The notes beneath the pieces are model-generated. The model had not been told where the DNA came from. It worked only from the letters and a program-made list of their open reading frames with translations, and did no database searches. From NCBI RefSeq assembly GCF_018350175.1, contig NC_058368.1:98458001-98522000 (forward strand): a stretch of DNA of 64,000 nucleotides, written 5' to 3'. The DNA is from Felis catus. Its lineage: Eukaryota. Shown piece after piece: positions 62,210 to 64,000 of this stretch (its first letter is position 1; the number at the start of each line of letters is the position of its first letter). A program made the position numbers and the translations under genes.

Positions 62210-63314
62210 ACAAAATATTAAATATAACATTCTATGATGATTTTGGACTGCTTTGAGAATCATGGGAATGAAAATAAAAATGGGATATTATTTAATTAGA
62301 ATGGCAATTATTAAATGAATGATAATATGCAGAATTAGTTGACATATGGAAAACAGCACATTCTTATACAATGATGGCAGGATTATAAATTGAATAGCCT
62401 TTGCAGAGGGCAACTTGGCATTATGAGTCAAGCCTTTAGAATGAACATATCCTTTCCTCAGTCATTCCTCTTCCAGAAATTTGACTTAATGAAATAATCA
62501 CTTAAATGCAAATGGATGTGTTTGACTTCTTGTCATTTAGTGACCTACCTACAGAAGTGAAGAGGAGTTTAAGGCATAACTATTCATATTAGCCTTTTTC
62601 ATGGTTACAGTTAATATTCTCAGTTGGCCTTTTTATTTGCGTGTTTAATGTATTGTGTTATTTTTGTGTATTTTATAAATCCTTAACGTGCATGATGTAC
62701 AGATGCTTTCTGAAATAACTTTTAATACAAATACACACATGCACATACAAATACCCACCCCCCCACACACACACCATTTGTATTTATAGTTGTGGCCTTT
62801 ATTAGAGAACCTAATATAAAGAAATATTTCAATAATATTTAATTAAACTTAAGTCAGTATTTCATCATAGGTATTGTATAAGAAGAACCTGTATGATTCA
62901 TCTTTCAGGAATGCTTGTCTTATGAAATAAACCTTTCAGTTTTCTCCATAGTTCATATCTAGAGGCTATGTCTGTGGTATGCTTAATTAATTAATTTTGA
63001 TAGACGTTCATGTTTTGTATACAGATTTGCTTCATTTTATAGAAGCCCTCCCTCGGAGGATCTGAGATAAAACTGGAAGGAATTGCTGTTAAGTCCACTG
63101 TATCTGTCCTGAAAATCACCAGCACACAAGTACCTTTATTTTGCAAAGGTGTACAGGGGCATTTAAGTTAGAAATGTCTTCCTTTTAATTAGCTCCTCAC
63201 TGTATTTAAAAGTTTAATTTTCAGTTAAAGAAAGTCCAGAATGAGATTTTCCATCACTGCTCTTAGGCATTAACCTAATGGCTGTGGCATAATGATGCTT
63301 TTGATATATTTTTC

Positions 63315-63519
63315 TTTTTTTTAATGTTTATTTATTTTTGAGAGAGATAGAGCACAATCGGGGGGAAGGACAGAGAGCAAGAGACACAGAATCCGAAGCA
63401 GGCTCTGGGCTCTGAGCTATCAGCACAGAGCCCGACATGGGGCTTGAACCCTTGAACCATGAGATCATGACCTGAACCAAAATTGGACGCTTAACCAACT
63501 GAGTCAACCCAGGTGCCCC
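63315..63519 (-). mobile_element. CAN-SINE
   Basis: TSD gcttttgata(t/c)atttttc. Confidence 0.95.
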
Positions 63520-64000
63520 AGCTTTTGATACATTTTTCAAAGTAAGATTCAGAAGTAGCTGTCACATGCCATGCTGAAAATTCTATGTGAAAAGCGTGTT
63601 TGATTTGACTTACAGAAATGATCATTCCTGGTATGAATTAACAAATACCAACTTACAAAGGTAAAAAAAAATGCAAACAAACTTAATATAAAAACTCGTG
63701 TTAAACAAAATTGCAGGGGAAACATTATACAACGTTTGGCTTTTGTACTGGGTGAGATTTTAAATAAACATGATGTTTCATTTGCTTTGAACAAAAAAGG
63801 ATTTATTACTTTATGTATAAAGCATACAGTTTGGTAATTGTACACACATTTTCTTAGGAAAATATTGCAAATACACGTAATTGAGGATTAAAACCAAGGA
63901 TATCATTGCTGCATAGGTTGGAAAAGGTTTGTTTCCTAGAAATAAAATATTTTTCTTTAACAATACTATGAATGAAACCTGAAATATCCTGATGTCCTGA

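Larger units (their letters stand above)
60650..62500 (+). mobile_element. Old L1 ORF2 3' fragments
   Basis: A-rich bias; degenerate L1 motifs (ttagaatggcaattatt, gggcaacttggca, tcattcctcttccagaaatt). Confidence 0.55.

Noticed and set aside
1..64000. CRISPR-like, operon-like or novel RT-associated system
   Set aside because: Eukaryotic repeat-rich DNA with no regularly spaced repeat-spacer array; every RT-like ORF is explained by LINE-1.

Overview
This is mammalian genomic DNA, AT-rich and repeat-rich, and almost certainly from a felid. The evidence is about 37 tRNA-derived CAN-SINEs, including two near-consensus cat-type SINEC_Fc copies, plus cat-type LINE-1. It looks like the interior of a large intron or an intergenic region. 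I could not recognise any host protein-coding exon. The best non-repeat signal is a strong 24-nt microexon candidate on + at 2176-2199. All long ORFs are LINE-1 ORF1/ORF2 remnants, and the short ORFs are SINE, microsatellite or antisense-L1 noise. Between 23.5 and 55 kb there is a cluster of closely related young L1s. Two have twin-priming 5' inversions, one is near full-length and nested in an older inverted L1, and one is a 3' fragment. The window also holds old L1M fragments, MER82, MER5A, MER102-like and Charlie-like DNA transposons, MLT1 LTRs, MIR/L2 and microsatellites. I found no evidence of a wholly new biological system. The most unusual sequence-supported observations are the microexon with its regulatory motifs, a 52-nt locally templated insertion inside a SINE, a three-SINE composite inside a single TSD, L1 3' transductions, and mosaic sharing of variants among the neighbouring L1s. 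Repeat subfamily names come from recalled consensus sequences, not a database search, and boundaries of old repeats are approximate.
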